DNA of 54,293 nucleotides from Macrostomum lignano. Its lineage: Eukaryota. Position 1 is the stretch's first letter, and each line of letters opens with the position of its first letter. Made by a program: the position numbers and the translations under genes. A model generated the notes under the pieces. The model ran no database searches, was not told where the DNA came from, and worked only from the letters and a program-made list of their open reading frames with translations. The stretch spans positions 1-54,293 of the forward strand of contig NIVC01000078.1 in NCBI GenBank assembly GCA_002269645.1, in the 5' to 3' direction. Positions 12,001-27,000 of this stretch are shown here, piece after piece.

Positions 12001-15000
12001 GACTGCTTGGTGTAGTTATTAGAAGGCAACTGCGCCTCTAGCTTAAACCGTGTCTATTTGTCTAAAGAAACTGACTGCGTGCAAAATACAAGTGCGCGGA
12101 AGCAGAATAACACGCCGTGAGCGTATTGAGCGTATTTTCGAACGCCTGTGCATGCGCGAGACTGCTTGGTGTAGTTATTAGAAGGCAACTGCGCCTCTAG
12201 CTTAAACCGTGTCTATTTGTCTAAAGAAACTGACTGCGTGCAAAATACAAGTGCGCGGAAGCAGAATAACACGCCGTGAGCGTATTGAGCGTATTTTCGA
12301 ACGCCTGTGCATGCGCGAGACTGCTTGGTGTAGTTATTAGAAGGCAACTGCGCCTCTAGCTTAAACCGTGTCTATTTGTCTAAAGAAACTGACTGCGTGC
12401 AAAATACAAGTGCGCGGAAGCAGAATAACACGCCGTGAGCGTATTGAGCGTATTTTCGAACGCCTGTGCATGCGCGAGACTGCTTGGTGTAGTTATTAGA
12501 AGGCAACTGCGCCTCTAGCTTAAACCGTGTCTATTTGTCTAAAGAAACTGACTGCGTGCAAAATACAAGTGCGCGGAAGCAGAATAACACGCCGTGAGCG
12601 TATTGAGCGTATTTTCGAACGCCTGTGCATGCGCGAGACTGCTTGGTGTAGTTATTAGAAGGCAACTGCGCCTCTAGCTTAAACCGTGTCTATTTGTCTA
12701 AAGAAACTGACTGCGTGCAAAATACAAGTGCGCGGAAGCAGAATAACACGCCGTGAGCGTATTGAGCGTATTTTCGAACGCCTGTGCATGCGCGAGACTG
12801 CTTGGTGTAGTTATTAGAAGGCAACTGCGCCTCTAGCTTAAACCGTGTCTATTTGTCTAAAGAAACTGACTGCGTGCAAAATACAAGTGCGCGGAAGCAG
12901 AATAACACGCCGTGAGCGTATTGAGCGTATTTTCGAACGCCTGTGCATGCGCGAGACTGCTTGGTGTAGTTATTAGAAGGCAACTGCGCCTCTAGCTTAA
13001 ACCGTGTCTATTTGTCTAAAGAAACTGACTGCGTGCAAAATACAAGTGCGCGGAAGCAGAATAACACGCCGTGAGCGTATTGAGCGTATTTTCGAACGCC
13101 TGTGCATGCGCGAGACTGCTTGGTGTAGTTATTAGAAGGCAACTGCGCCTCTAGCTTAAACCGTGTCTATTTGTCTAAAGAAACTGACTGCGTGCAAAAT
13201 ACAAGTGCGCGGAAGCAGAATAACACGCCGTGAGCGTATTGAGCGTATTTTCGAACGCCTGTGCATGCGCGAGACTGCTTGGTGTAGTTATTAGAAGGCA
13301 ACTGCGCCTCTAGCTTAAACCGTGTCTATTTGTCTAAAGAAACTGACTGCGTGCAAAATACAAGTGCGCGGAAGCAGAATAACACGCCGTGAGCGTATTG
13401 AGCGTATTTTCGAACGCCTGTGCATGCGCGAGACTGCTTGGTGTAGTTATTAGAAGGCAACTGCGCCTCTAGCTTAAACCGTGTCTATTTGTCTAAAGAA
13501 ACTGACTGCGTGCAAAATACAAGTGCGCGGAAGCAGAATAACACGCCGTGAGCGTATTGAGCGTATTTTCGAACGCCTGTGCATGCGCGAGACTGCTTGG
13601 TGTAGTTATTAGAAGGCAACTGCGCCTCTAGCTTAAACCGTGTCTATTTGTCTAAAGAAACTGACTGCGTGCAAAATACAAGTGCGCGGAAGCAGAATAA
13701 CACGCCGTGAGCGTATTGAGCGTATTTTCGAACGCCTGTGCATGCGCGAGACTGCTTGGTGTAGTTATTAGAAGGCAACTGCGCCTCTAGCTTAAACCGT
13801 GTCTATTTGTCTAAAGAAACTGACTGCGTGCAAAATACAAGTGCGCGGAAGCAGAATAACACGCCGTGAGCGTATTGAGCGTATTTTCGAACGCCTGTGC
13901 ATGCGCGAGACTGCTTGGTGTAGTTATTAGAAGGCAACTGCGCCTCTAGCTTAAACCGTGTCTATTTGTCTAAAGAAACTGACTGCGTGCAAAATACAAG
14001 TGCGCGGAAGCAGAATAACACGCCGTGAGCGTATTGAGCGTATTTTCGAACGCCTGTGCATGCGCGAGACTGCTTGGTGTAGTTATTAGAAGGCAACTGC
14101 GCCTCTAGCTTAAACCGTGTCTATTTGTCTAAAGAAACTGACTGCGTGCAAAATACAAGTGCGCGGAAGCAGAATAACACGCCGTGAGCGTATTGAGCGT
14201 ATTTTCGAACGCCTGTGCATGCGCGAGACTGCTTGGTGTAGTTATTAGAAGGCAACTGCGCCTCTAGCTTAAACCGTGTCTATTTGTCTAAAGAAACTGA
14301 CTGCGTGCAAAATACAAGTGCGCGGAAGCAGAATAACACGCCGTGAGCGTATTGAGCGTATTTTCGAACGCCTGTGCATGCGCGAGACTGCTTGGTGTAG
14401 TTATTAGAAGGCAACTGCGCCTCTAGCTTAAACCGTGTCTATTTGTCTAAAGAAACTGACTGCGTGCAAAATACAAGTGCGCGGAAGCAGAATAACACGC
14501 CGTGAGCGTATTGAGCGTATTTTCGAACGCCTGTGCATGCGCGAGACTGCTTGGTGTAGTTATTAGAAGGCAACTGCGCCTCTAGCTTAAACCGTGTCTA
14601 TTTGTCTAAAGAAACTGACTGCGTGCAAAATACAAGTGCGCGGAAGCAGAATAACACGCCGTGAGCGTATTGAGCGTATTTTCGAACGCCTGTGCATGCG
14701 CGAGACTGCTTGGTGTAGTTATTAGAAGGCAACTGCGCCTCTAGCTTAAACCGTGTCTATTTGTCTAAAGAAACTGACTGCGTGCAAAATACAAGTGCGC
14801 GGAAGCAGAATAACACGCCGTGAGCGTATTGAGCGTATTTTCGAACGCCTGTGCATGCGCGAGACTGCTTGGTGTAGTTATTAGAAGGCAACTGCGCCTC
14901 TAGCTTAAACCGTGTCTATTTGTCTAAAGAAACTGACTGCGTGCAAAATACAAGTGCGCGGAAGCAGAATAACACGCCGTGAGCGTATTGAGCGTATTTT

Positions 15001-18000
15001 CGAACGCCTGTGCATGCGCGAGACTGCTTGGTGTAGTTATTAGAAGGCAACTGCGCCTCTAGCTTAAACCGTGTCTATTTGTCTAAAGAAACTGACTGCG
15101 TGCAAAATACAAGTGCGCGGAAGCAGAATAACACGCCGTGAGCGTATTGAGCGTATTTTCGAACGCCTGTGCATGCGCGAGACTGCTTGGTGTAGTTATT
15201 AGAAGGCAACTGCGCCTCTAGCTTAAACCGTGTCTATTTGTCTAAAGAAACTGACTGCGTGCAAAATACAAGTGCGCGGAAGCAGAATAACACGCCGTGA
15301 GCGTATTGAGCGTATTTTCGAACGCCTGTGCATGCGCGAGACTGCTTGGTGTAGTTATTAGAAGGCAACTGCGCCTCTAGCTTAAACCGTGTCTATTTGT
15401 CTAAAGAAACTGACTGCGTGCAAAATACAAGTGCGCGGAAGCAGAATAACACGCCGTGAGCGTATTGAGCGTATTTTCGAACGCCTGTGCATGCGCGAGA
15501 CTGCTTGGTGTAGTTATTAGAAGGCAACTGCGCCTCTAGCTTAAACCGTGTCTATTTGTCTAAAGAAACTGACTGCGTGCAAAATACAAGTGCGCGGAAG
15601 CAGAATAACACGCCGTGAGCGTATTGAGCGTATTTTCGAACGCCTGTGCATGCGCGAGACTGCTTGGTGTAGTTATTAGAAGGCAACTGCGCCTCTAGCT
15701 TAAACCGTGTCTATTTGTCTAAAGAAACTGACTGCGTGCAAAATACAAGTGCGCGGAAGCAGAATAACACGCCGTGAGCGTATTGAGCGTATTTTCGAAC
15801 GCCTGTGCATGCGCGAGACTGCTTGGTGTAGTTATTAGAAGGCAACTGCGCCTCTAGCTTAAACCGTGTCTATTTGTCTAAAGAAACTGACTGCGTGCAA
15901 AATACAAGTGCGCGGAAGCAGAATAACACGCCGTGAGCGTATTGAGCGTATTTTCGAACGCCTGTGCATGCGCGAGACTGCTTGGTGTAGTTATTAGAAG
16001 GCAACTGCGCCTCTAGCTTAAACCGTGTCTATTTGTCTAAAGAAACTGACTGCGTGCAAAATACAAGTGCGCGGAAGCAGAATAACACGCCGTGAGCGTA
16101 TTGAGCGTATTTTCGAACGCCTGTGCATGCGCGAGACTGCTTGGTGTAGTTATTAGAAGGCAACTGCGCCTCTAGCTTAAACCGTGTCTATTTGTCTAAA
16201 GAAACTGACTGCGTGCAAAATACAAGTGCGCGGAAGCAGAATAACACGCCGTGAGCGTATTGAGCGTATTTTCGAACGCCTGTGCATGCGCGAGACTGCT
16301 TGGTGTAGTTATTAGAAGGCAACTGCGCCTCTAGCTTAAACCGTGTCTATTTGTCTAAAGAAACTGACTGCGTGCAAAATACAAGTGCGCGGAAGCAGAA
16401 TAACACGCCGTGAGCGTATTGAGCGTATTTTCGAACGCCTGTGCATGCGCGAGACTGCTTGGTGTAGTTATTAGAAGGCAACTGCGCCTCTAGCTTAAAC
16501 CGTGTCTATTTGTCTAAAGAAACTGACTGCGTGCAAAATACAAGTGCGCGGAAGCAGAATAACACGCCGTGAGCGTATTGAGCGTATTTTCGAACGCCTG
16601 TGCATGCGCGAGACTGCTTGGTGTAGTTATTAGAAGGCAACTGCGCCTCTAGCTTAAACCGTGTCTATTTGTCTAAAGAAACTGACTGCGTGCAAAATAC
16701 AAGTGCGCGGAAGCAGAATAACACGCCGTGAGCGTATTGAGCGTATTTTCGAACGCCTGTGCATGCGCGAGACTGCTTGGTGTAGTTATTAGAAGGCAAC
16801 TGCGCCTCTAGCTTAAACCGTGTCTATTTGTCTAAAGAAACTGACTGCGTGCAAAATACAAGTGCGCGGAAGCAGAATAACACGCCGTGAGCGTATTGAG
16901 CGTATTTTCGAACGCCTGTGCATGCGCGAGACTGCTTGGTGTAGTTATTAGAAGGCAACTGCGCCTCTAGCTTAAACCGTGTCTATTTGTCTAAAGAAAC
17001 TGACTGCGTGCAAAATACAAGTGCGCGGAAGCAGAATAACACGCCGTGAGCGTATTGAGCGTATTTTCGAACGCCTGTGCATGCGCGAGACTGCTTGGTG
17101 TAGTTATTAGAAGGCAACTGCGCCTCTAGCTTAAACCGTGTCTATTTGTCTAAAGAAACTGACTGCGTGCAAAATACAAGTGCGCGGAAGCAGAATAACA
17201 CGCCGTGAGCGTATTGAGCGTATTTTCGAACGCCTGTGCATGCGCGAGACTGCTTGGTGTAGTTATTAGAAGGCAACTGCGCCTCTAGCTTAAACCGTGT
17301 CTATTTGTCTAAAGAAACTGACTGCGTGCAAAATACAAGTGCGCGGAAGCAGAATAACACGCCGTGAGCGTATTGAGCGTATTTTCGAACGCCTGTGCAT
17401 GCGCGAGACTGCTTGGTGTAGTTATTAGAAGGCAACTGCGCCTCTAGCTTAAACCGTGTCTATTTGTCTAAAGAAACTGACTGCGTGCAAAATACAAGTG
17501 CGCGGAAGCAGAATAACACGCCGTGAGCGTATTGAGCGTATTTTCGAACGCCTGTGCATGCGCGAGACTGCTTGGTGTAGTTATTAGAAGGCAACTGCGC
17601 CTCTAGCTTAAACCGTGTCTATTTGTCTAAAGAAACTGACTGCGTGCAAAATACAAGTGCGCGGAAGCAGAATAACACGCCGTGAGCGTATTGAGCGTAT
17701 TTTCGAACGCCTGTGCATGCGCGAGACTGCTTGGTGTAGTTATTAGAAGGCAACTGCGCCTCTAGCTTAAACCGTGTCTATTTGTCTAAAGAAACTGACT
17801 GCGTGCAAAATACAAGTGCGCGGAAGCAGAATAACACGCCGTGAGCGTATTGAGCGTATTTTCGAACGCCTGTGCATGCGCGAGACTGCTTGGTGTAGTT
17901 ATTAGAAGGCAACTGCGCCTCTAGCTTAAACCGTGTCTATTTGTCTAAAGAAACTGACTGCGTGCAAAATACAAGTGCGCGGAAGCAGAATAACACGCCG

Positions 18001-21000
18001 TGAGCGTATTGAGCGTATTTTCGAACGCCTGTGCATGCGCGAGACTGCTTGGTGTAGTTATTAGAAGGCAACTGCGCCTCTAGCTTAAACCGTGTCTATT
18101 TGTCTAAAGAAACTGACTGCGTGCAAAATACAAGTGCGCGGAAGCAGAATAACACGCCGTGAGCGTATTGAGCGTATTTTCGAACGCCTGTGCATGCGCG
18201 AGACTGCTTGGTGTAGTTATTAGAAGGCAACTGCGCCTCTAGCTTAAACCGTGTCTATTTGTCTAAAGAAACTGACTGCGTGCAAAATACAAGTGCGCGG
18301 AAGCAGAATAACACGCCGTGAGCGTATTGAGCGTATTTTCGAACGCCTGTGCATGCGCGAGACTGCTTGGTGTAGTTATTAGAAGGCAACTGCGCCTCTA
18401 GCTTAAACCGTGTCTATTTGTCTAAAGAAACTGACTGCGTGCAAAATACAAGTGCGCGGAAGCAGAATAACACGCCGTGAGCGTATTGAGCGTATTTTCG
18501 AACGCCTGTGCATGCGCGAGACTGCTTGGTGTAGTTATTAGAAGGCAACTGCGCCTCTAGCTTAAACCGTGTCTATTTGTCTAAAGAAACTGACTGCGTG
18601 CAAAATACAAGTGCGCGGAAGCAGAATAACACGCCGTGAGCGTATTGAGCGTATTTTCGAACGCCTGTGCATGCGCGAGACTGCTTGGTGTAGTTATTAG
18701 AAGGCAACTGCGCCTCTAGCTTAAACCGTGTCTATTTGTCTAAAGAAACTGACTGCGTGCAAAATACAAGTGCGCGGAAGCAGAATAACACGCCGTGAGC
18801 GTATTGAGCGTATTTTCGAACGCCTGTGCATGCGCGAGACTGCTTGGTGTAGTTATTAGAAGGCAACTGCGCCTCTAGCTTAAACCGTGTCTATTTGTCT
18901 AAAGAAACTGACTGCGTGCAAAATACAAGTGCGCGGAAGCAGAATAACACGCCGTGAGCGTATTGAGCGTATTTTCGAACGCCTGTGCATGCGCGAGACT
19001 GCTTGGTGTAGTTATTAGAAGGCAACTGCGCCTCTAGCTTAAACCGTGTCTATTTGTCTAAAGAAACTGACTGCGTGCAAAATACAAGTGCGCGGAAGCA
19101 GAATAACACGCCGTGAGCGTATTGAGCGTATTTTCGAACGCCTGTGCATGCGCGAGACTGCTTGGTGTAGTTATTAGAAGGCAACTGCGCCTCTAGCTTA
19201 AACCGTGTCTATTTGTCTAAAGAAACTGACTGCGTGCAAAATACAAGTGCGCGGAAGCAGAATAACACGCCGTGAGCGTATTGAGCGTATTTTCGAACGC
19301 CTGTGCATGCGCGAGACTGCTTGGTGTAGTTATTAGAAGGCAACTGCGCCTCTAGCTTAAACCGTGTCTATTTGTCTAAAGAAACTGACTGCGTGCAAAA
19401 TACAAGTGCGCGGAAGCAGAATAACACGCCGTGAGCGTATTGAGCGTATTTTCGAACGCCTGTGCATGCGCGAGACTGCTTGGTGTAGTTATTAGAAGGC
19501 AACTGCGCCTCTAGCTTAAACCGTGTCTATTTGTCTAAAGAAACTGACTGCGTGCAAAATACAAGTGCGCGGAAGCAGAATAACACGCCGTGAGCGTATT
19601 GAGCGTATTTTCGAACGCCTGTGCATGCGCGAGACTGCTTGGTGTAGTTATTAGAAGGCAACTGCGCCTCTAGCTTAAACCGTGTCTATTTGTCTAAAGA
19701 AACTGACTGCGTGCAAAATACAAGTGCGCGGAAGCAGAATAACACGCCGTGAGCGTATTGAGCGTATTTTCGAACGCCTGTGCATGCGCGAGACTGCTTG
19801 GTGTAGTTATTAGAAGGCAACTGCGCCTCTAGCTTAAACCGTGTCTATTTGTCTAAAGAAACTGACTGCGTGCAAAATACAAGTGCGCGGAAGCAGAATA
19901 ACACGCCGTGAGCGTATTGAGCGTATTTTCGAACGCCTGTGCATGCGCGAGACTGCTTGGTGTAGTTATTAGAAGGCAACTGCGCCTCTAGCTTAAACCG
20001 TGTCTATTTGTCTAAAGAAACTGACTGCGTGCAAAATACAAGTGCGCGGAAGCAGAATAACACGCCGTGAGCGTATTGAGCGTATTTTCGAACGCCTGTG
20101 CATGCGCGAGACTGCTTGGTGTAGTTATTAGAAGGCAACTGCGCCTCTAGCTTAAACCGTGTCTATTTGTCTAAAGAAACTGACTGCGTGCAAAATACAA
20201 GTGCGCGGAAGCAGAATAACACGCCGTGAGCGTATTGAGCGTATTTTCGAACGCCTGTGCATGCGCGAGACTGCTTGGTGTAGTTATTAGAAGGCAACTG
20301 CGCCTCTAGCTTAAACCGTGTCTATTTGTCTAAAGAAACTGACTGCGTGCAAAATACAAGTGCGCGGAAGCAGAATAACACGCCGTGAGCGTATTGAGCG
20401 TATTTTCGAACGCCTGTGCATGCGCGAGACTGCTTGGTGTAGTTATTAGAAGGCAACTGCGCCTCTAGCTTAAACCGTGTCTATTTGTCTAAAGAAACTG
20501 ACTGCGTGCAAAATACAAGTGCGCGGAAGCAGAATAACACGCCGTGAGCGTATTGAGCGTATTTTCGAACGCCTGTGCATGCGCGAGACTGCTTGGTGTA
20601 GTTATTAGAAGGCAACTGCGCCTCTAGCTTAAACCGTGTCTATTTGTCTAAAGAAACTGACTGCGTGCAAAATACAAGTGCGCGGAAGCAGAATAACACG
20701 CCGTGAGCGTATTGAGCGTATTTTCGAACGCCTGTGCATGCGCGAGACTGCTTGGTGTAGTTATTAGAAGGCAACTGCGCCTCTAGCTTAAACCGTGTCT
20801 ATTTGTCTAAAGAAACTGACTGCGTGCAAAATACAAGTGCGCGGAAGCAGAATAACACGCCGTGAGCGTATTGAGCGTATTTTCGAACGCCTGTGCATGC
20901 GCGAGACTGCTTGGTGTAGTTATTAGAAGGCAACTGCGCCTCTAGCTTAAACCGTGTCTATTTGTCTAAAGAAACTGACTGCGTGCAAAATACAAGTGCG

Positions 21001-24000
21001 CGGAAGCAGAATAACACGCCGTGAGCGTATTGAGCGTATTTTCGAACGCCTGTGCATGCGCGAGACTGCTTGGTGTAGTTATTAGAAGGCAACTGCGCCT
21101 CTAGCTTAAACCGTGTCTATTTGTCTAAAGAAACTGACTGCGTGCAAAATACAAGTGCGCGGAAGCAGAATAACACGCCGTGAGCGTATTGAGCGTATTT
21201 TCGAACGCCTGTGCATGCGCGAGACTGCTTGGTGTAGTTATTAGAAGGCAACTGCGCCTCTAGCTTAAACCGTGTCTATTTGTCTAAAGAAACTGACTGC
21301 GTGCAAAATACAAGTGCGCGGAAGCAGAATAACACGCCGTGAGCGTATTGAGCGTATTTTCGAACGCCTGTGCATGCGCGAGACTGCTTGGTGTAGTTAT
21401 TAGAAGGCAACTGCGCCTCTAGCTTAAACCGTGTCTATTTGTCTAAAGAAACTGACTGCGTGCAAAATACAAGTGCGCGGAAGCAGAATAACACGCCGTG
21501 AGCGTATTGAGCGTATTTTCGAACGCCTGTGCATGCGCGAGACTGCTTGGTGTAGTTATTAGAAGGCAACTGCGCCTCTAGCTTAAACCGTGTCTATTTG
21601 TCTAAAGAAACTGACTGCGTGCAAAATACAAGTGCGCGGAAGCAGAATAACACGCCGTGAGCGTATTGAGCGTATTTTCGAACGCCTGTGCATGCGCGAG
21701 ACTGCTTGGTGTAGTTATTAGAAGGCAACTGCGCCTCTAGCTTAAACCGTGTCTATTTGTCTAAAGAAACTGACTGCGTGCAAAATACAAGTGCGCGGAA
21801 GCAGAATAACACGCCGTGAGCGTATTGAGCGTATTTTCGAACGCCTGTGCATGCGCGAGACTGCTTGGTGTAGTTATTAGAAGGCAACTGCGCCTCTAGC
21901 TTAAACCGTGTCTATTTGTCTAAAGAAACTGACTGCGTGCAAAATACAAGTGCGCGGAAGCAGAATAACACGCCGTGAGCGTATTGAGCGTATTTTCGAA
22001 CGCCTGTGCATGCGCGAGACTGCTTGGTGTAGTTATTAGAAGGCAACTGCGCCTCTAGCTTAAACCGTGTCTATTTGTCTAAAGAAACTGACTGCGTGCA
22101 AAATACAAGTGCGCGGAAGCAGAATAACACGCCGTGAGCGTATTGAGCGTATTTTCGAACGCCTGTGCATGCGCGAGACTGCTTGGTGTAGTTATTAGAA
22201 GGCAACTGCGCCTCTAGCTTAAACCGTGTCTATTTGTCTAAAGAAACTGACTGCGTGCAAAATACAAGTGCGCGGAAGCAGAATAACACGCCGTGAGCGT
22301 ATTGAGCGTATTTTCGAACGCCTGTGCATGCGCGAGACTGCTTGGTGTAGTTATTAGAAGGCAACTGCGCCTCTAGCTTAAACCGTGTCTATTTGTCTAA
22401 AGAAACTGACTGCGTGCAAAATACAAGTGCGCGGAAGCAGAATAACACGCCGTGAGCGTATTGAGCGTATTTTCGAACGCCTGTGCATGCGCGAGACTGC
22501 TTGGTGTAGTTATTAGAAGGCAACTGCGCCTCTAGCTTAAACCGTGTCTATTTGTCTAAAGAAACTGACTGCGTGCAAAATACAAGTGCGCGGAAGCAGA
22601 ATAACACGCCGTGAGCGTATTGAGCGTATTTTCGAACGCCTGTGCATGCGCGAGACTGCTTGGTGTAGTTATTAGAAGGCAACTGCGCCTCTAGCTTAAA
22701 CCGTGTCTATTTGTCTAAAGAAACTGACTGCGTGCAAAATACAAGTGCGCGGAAGCAGAATAACACGCCGTGAGCGTATTGAGCGTATTTTCGAACGCCT
22801 GTGCATGCGCGAGACTGCTTGGTGTAGTTATTAGAAGGCAACTGCGCCTCTAGCTTAAACCGTGTCTATTTGTCTAAAGAAACTGACTGCGTGCAAAATA
22901 CAAGTGCGCGGAAGCAGAATAACACGCCGTGAGCGTATTGAGCGTATTTTCGAACGCCTGTGCATGCGCGAGACTGCTTGGTGTAGTTATTAGAAGGCAA
23001 CTGCGCCTCTAGCTTAAACCGTGTCTATTTGTCTAAAGAAACTGACTGCGTGCAAAATACAAGTGCGCGGAAGCAGAATAACACGCGTGAGCGTGAGCGT
23101 ATTTTCGAACGCCTGTGCATGCGCGAGACTGCTTGGTGTAGTTATTAGAAGGCAACTGCGCCTCTAGCTTAAACCGTGTCTATTTGTCTAAAGAAACTGA
23201 CTGCGTGCAAAATACAAGTGCGCGGAAGCAGAATAACACGCCGTGAGCGTATTGAGCGTATTTTCGAACGCCTGTGCATGCGCGAGACTGCTTGGTGTAG
23301 TTATTAGAAGGCAACTGCGCCTCTAGCTTAAACCGTGTCTATTTGTCTAAAGAAACTGACTGCGTGCAAAATACAAGTGCGCGGAAGCAGAATAACACGC
23401 CGTGAGCGTATTGAGCGTATTTTCGAACGCCTGTGCATGCGCGAGACTGCTTGGTGTAGTTATTAGAAGGCAACTGCGCCTCTAGCTTAAACCGTGTCTA
23501 TTTGTCTAAAGAAACTGACTGCGTGCAAAATACAAGTGCGCGGAAGCAGAATAACACGCCGTGAGCGTATTGAGCGTATTTTCGAACGCCTGTGCATGCG
23601 CGAGACTGCTTGGTGTAGTTATTAGAAGGCAACTGCGCCTCTAGCTTAAACCGTGTCTATTTGTCTAAAGAAACTGACTGCGTGCAAAATACAAGTGCGC
23701 GGAAGCAGAATAACACGCCGTGAGCGTATTGAGCGTATTTTCGAACGCCTGTGCATGCGCGAGACTGCTTGGTGTAGTTATTAGAAGGCAACTGCGCCTC
23801 TAGCTTAAACCGTGTCTATTTGTCTAAAGAAACTGACTGCGTGCAAAATACAAGTGCGCGGAAGCAGAATAACACGCCGTGAGCGTATTGAGCGTATTTT
23901 CGAACGCCTGTGCATGCGCGAGACTGCTTGGTGTAGTTATTAGAAGGCAACTGCGCCTCTAGCTTAAACCGTGTCTATTTGTCTAAAGAAACTGACTGCG

Positions 24001-27000
24001 TGCAAAATACAAGTGCGCGGAAGCAGAATAACACGCCGTGAGCGTATTGAGCGTATTTTCGAACGCCTGTGCATGCGCGAGACTGCTTGGTGTAGTTATT
24101 AGAAGGCAACTGCGCCTCTAGCTTAAACCGTGTCTATTTGTCTAAAGAAACTGACTGCGTGCAAAATACAAGTGCGCGGAAGCAGAATAACACGCCGTGA
24201 GCGTATTGAGCGTATTTTCGAACGCCTGTGCATGCGCGAGACTGCTTGGTGTAGTTATTAGAAGGCAACTGCGCCTCTAGCTTAAACCGTGTCTATTTGT
24301 CTAAAGAAACTGACTGCGTGCAAAATACAAGTGCGCGGAAGCAGAATAACACGCCGTGAGCGTATTGAGCGTATTTTCGAACGCCTGTGCATGCGCGAGA
24401 CTGCTTGGTGTAGTTATTAGAAGGCAACTGCGCCTCTAGCTTAAACCGTGTCTATTTGTCTAAAGAAACTGACTGCGTGCAAAATACAAGTGCGCGGAAG
24501 CAGAATAACACGCCGTGAGCGTATTGAGCGTATTTTCGAACGCCTGTGCATGCGCGAGACTGCTTGGTGTAGTTATTAGAAGGCAACTGCGCCTCTAGCT
24601 TAAACCGTGTCTATTTGTCTAAAGAAACTGACTGCGTGCAAAATACAAGTGCGCGGAAGCAGAATAACACGCCGTGAGCGTGAGCGTATTTTCGAACGCC
24701 TGTGCATGCGCGAGACTGCTTGGTGTAGTTATTAGAAGGCAACTGCGCCTCTAGCTTAAACCGTGTCTATTTGTCTAAAGAAACTGACTGCGTGCAAAAT
24801 ACAAGTGCGCGGAAGCAGAATAACACGCCGTGAGCGTATTGAGCGTATTTTCGAACGCCTGTGCATGCGCGAGACTGCTTGGTGTAGTTATTAGAAGGCA
24901 ACTGCGCCTCTAGCTTAAACCGTGTCTATTTGTCTAAAGAAACTGACTGCGTGCAAAATACAAGTGCGCGGAAGCAGAATAACACGCCGTGAGCGTATTG
25001 AGCGTATTTTCGAACGCCTGTGCATGCGCGAGACTGCTTGGTGTAGTTATTAGAAGGCAACTGCGCCTCTAGCTTAAACCGTGTCTATTTGTCTAAAGAA
25101 ACTGACTGCGTGCAAAATACAAGTGCGCGGAAGCAGAATAACACGCCGTGAGCGTATTGAGCGTATTTTCGAACGCCTGTGCATGCGCGAGACTGCTTGG
25201 TGTAGTTATTAGAAGGCAACTGCGCCTCTAGCTTAAACCGTGTCTATTTGTCTAAAGAAACTGACTGCGTGCAAAATACAAGTGCGCGGAAGCAGAATAA
25301 CACGCCGTGAGCGTATTGAGCGTATTTTCGAACGCCTGTGCATGCGCGAGACTGCTTGGTGTAGTTATTAGAAGGCAACTGCGCCTCTAGCTTAAACCGT
25401 GTCTATTTGTCTAAAGAAACTGACTGCGTGCAAAATACAAGTGCGCGGAAGCAGAATAACACGCCGTGAGCGTATTGAGCGTATTTTCGAACGCCTGTGC
25501 ATGCGCGAGACTGCTTGGTGTAGTTATTAGAAGGCAACTGCGCCTCTAGCTTAAACCGTGTCTATTTGTCTAAAGAAACTGACTGCGTGCAAAATACAAG
25601 TGCGCGGAAGCAGAATAACACGCCGTGAGCGTATTGAGCGTATTTTCGAACGCCTGTGCATGCGCGAGACTGCTTGGTGTAGTTATTAGAAGGCAACTGC
25701 GCCTCTAGCTTAAACCGTGTCTATTTGTCTAAAGAAACTGACTGCGTGCAAAATACAAGTGCGCGGAAGCAGAATAACACGCCGTGAGCGTATTGAGCGT
25801 ATTTTCGAACGCCTGTGCATGCGCGAGACTGCTTGGTGTAGTTATTAGAAGGCAACTGCGCCTCTAGCTTAAACCGTGTCTATTTGTCTAAAGAAACTGA
25901 CTGCGTGCAAAATACAAGTGCGCGGAAGCAGAATAACACGCCGTGAGCGTATTGAGCGTATTTTCGAACGCCTGTGCATGCGCGAGACTGCTTGGTGTAG
26001 TTATTAGAAGGCAACTGCGCCTCTAGCTTAAACCGTGTCTATTTGTCTAAAGAAACTGACTGCGTGCAAAATACAAGTGCGCGGAAGCAGAATAACACGC
26101 CGTGAGCGTATTGAGCGTATTTTCGAACGCCTGTGCATGCGCGAGACTGCTTGGTGTAGTTATTAGAAGGCAACTGCGCCTCTAGCTTAAACCGTGTCTA
26201 TTTGTCTAAAGAAACTGACTGCGTGCAAAATACAAGTGCGCGGAAGCAGAATAACACGCCGTGAGCGTATTGAGCGTATTTTCGAACGCCTGTGCATGCG
26301 CGAGACTGCTTGGTGTAGTTATTAGAAGGCAACTGCGCCTCTAGCTTAAACCGTGTCTATTTGTCTAAAGAAACTGACTGCGTGCAAAATACAAGTGCGC
26401 GGAAGCAGAATAACACGCCGTGAGCGTATTGAGCGTATTTTCGAACGCCTGTGCATGCGCGAGACTGCTTGGTGTAGTTATTAGAAGGCAACTGCGCCTC
26501 TAGCTTAAACCGTGTCTATTTGTCTAAAGAAACTGACTGCGTGCAAAATACAAGTGCGCGGAAGCAGAATAACACGCCGTGAGCGTATTGAGCGTATTTT
26601 CGAACGCCTGTGCATGCGCGAGACTGCTTGGTGTAGTTATTAGAAGGCAACTGCGCCTCTAGCTTAAACCGTGTCTATTTGTCTAAAGAAACTGACTGCG
26701 TGCAAAATACAAGTGCGCGGAAGCAGAATAACACGCCGTGAGCGTATTGAGCGTATTTTCGAACGCCTGTGCATGCGCGAGACTGCTTGGTGTAGTTATT
26801 AGAAGGCAACTGCGCCTCTAGCTTAAACCGTGTCTATTTGTCTAAAGAAACTGACTGCGTGCAAAATACAAGTGCGCGGAAGCAGAATAACACGCCGTGA
26901 GCGTATTGAGCGTATTTTCGAACGCCTGTGCATGCGCGAGACTGCTTGGTGTAGTTATTAGAAGGCAACTGCGCCTCTAGCTTAAACCGTGTCTATTTGT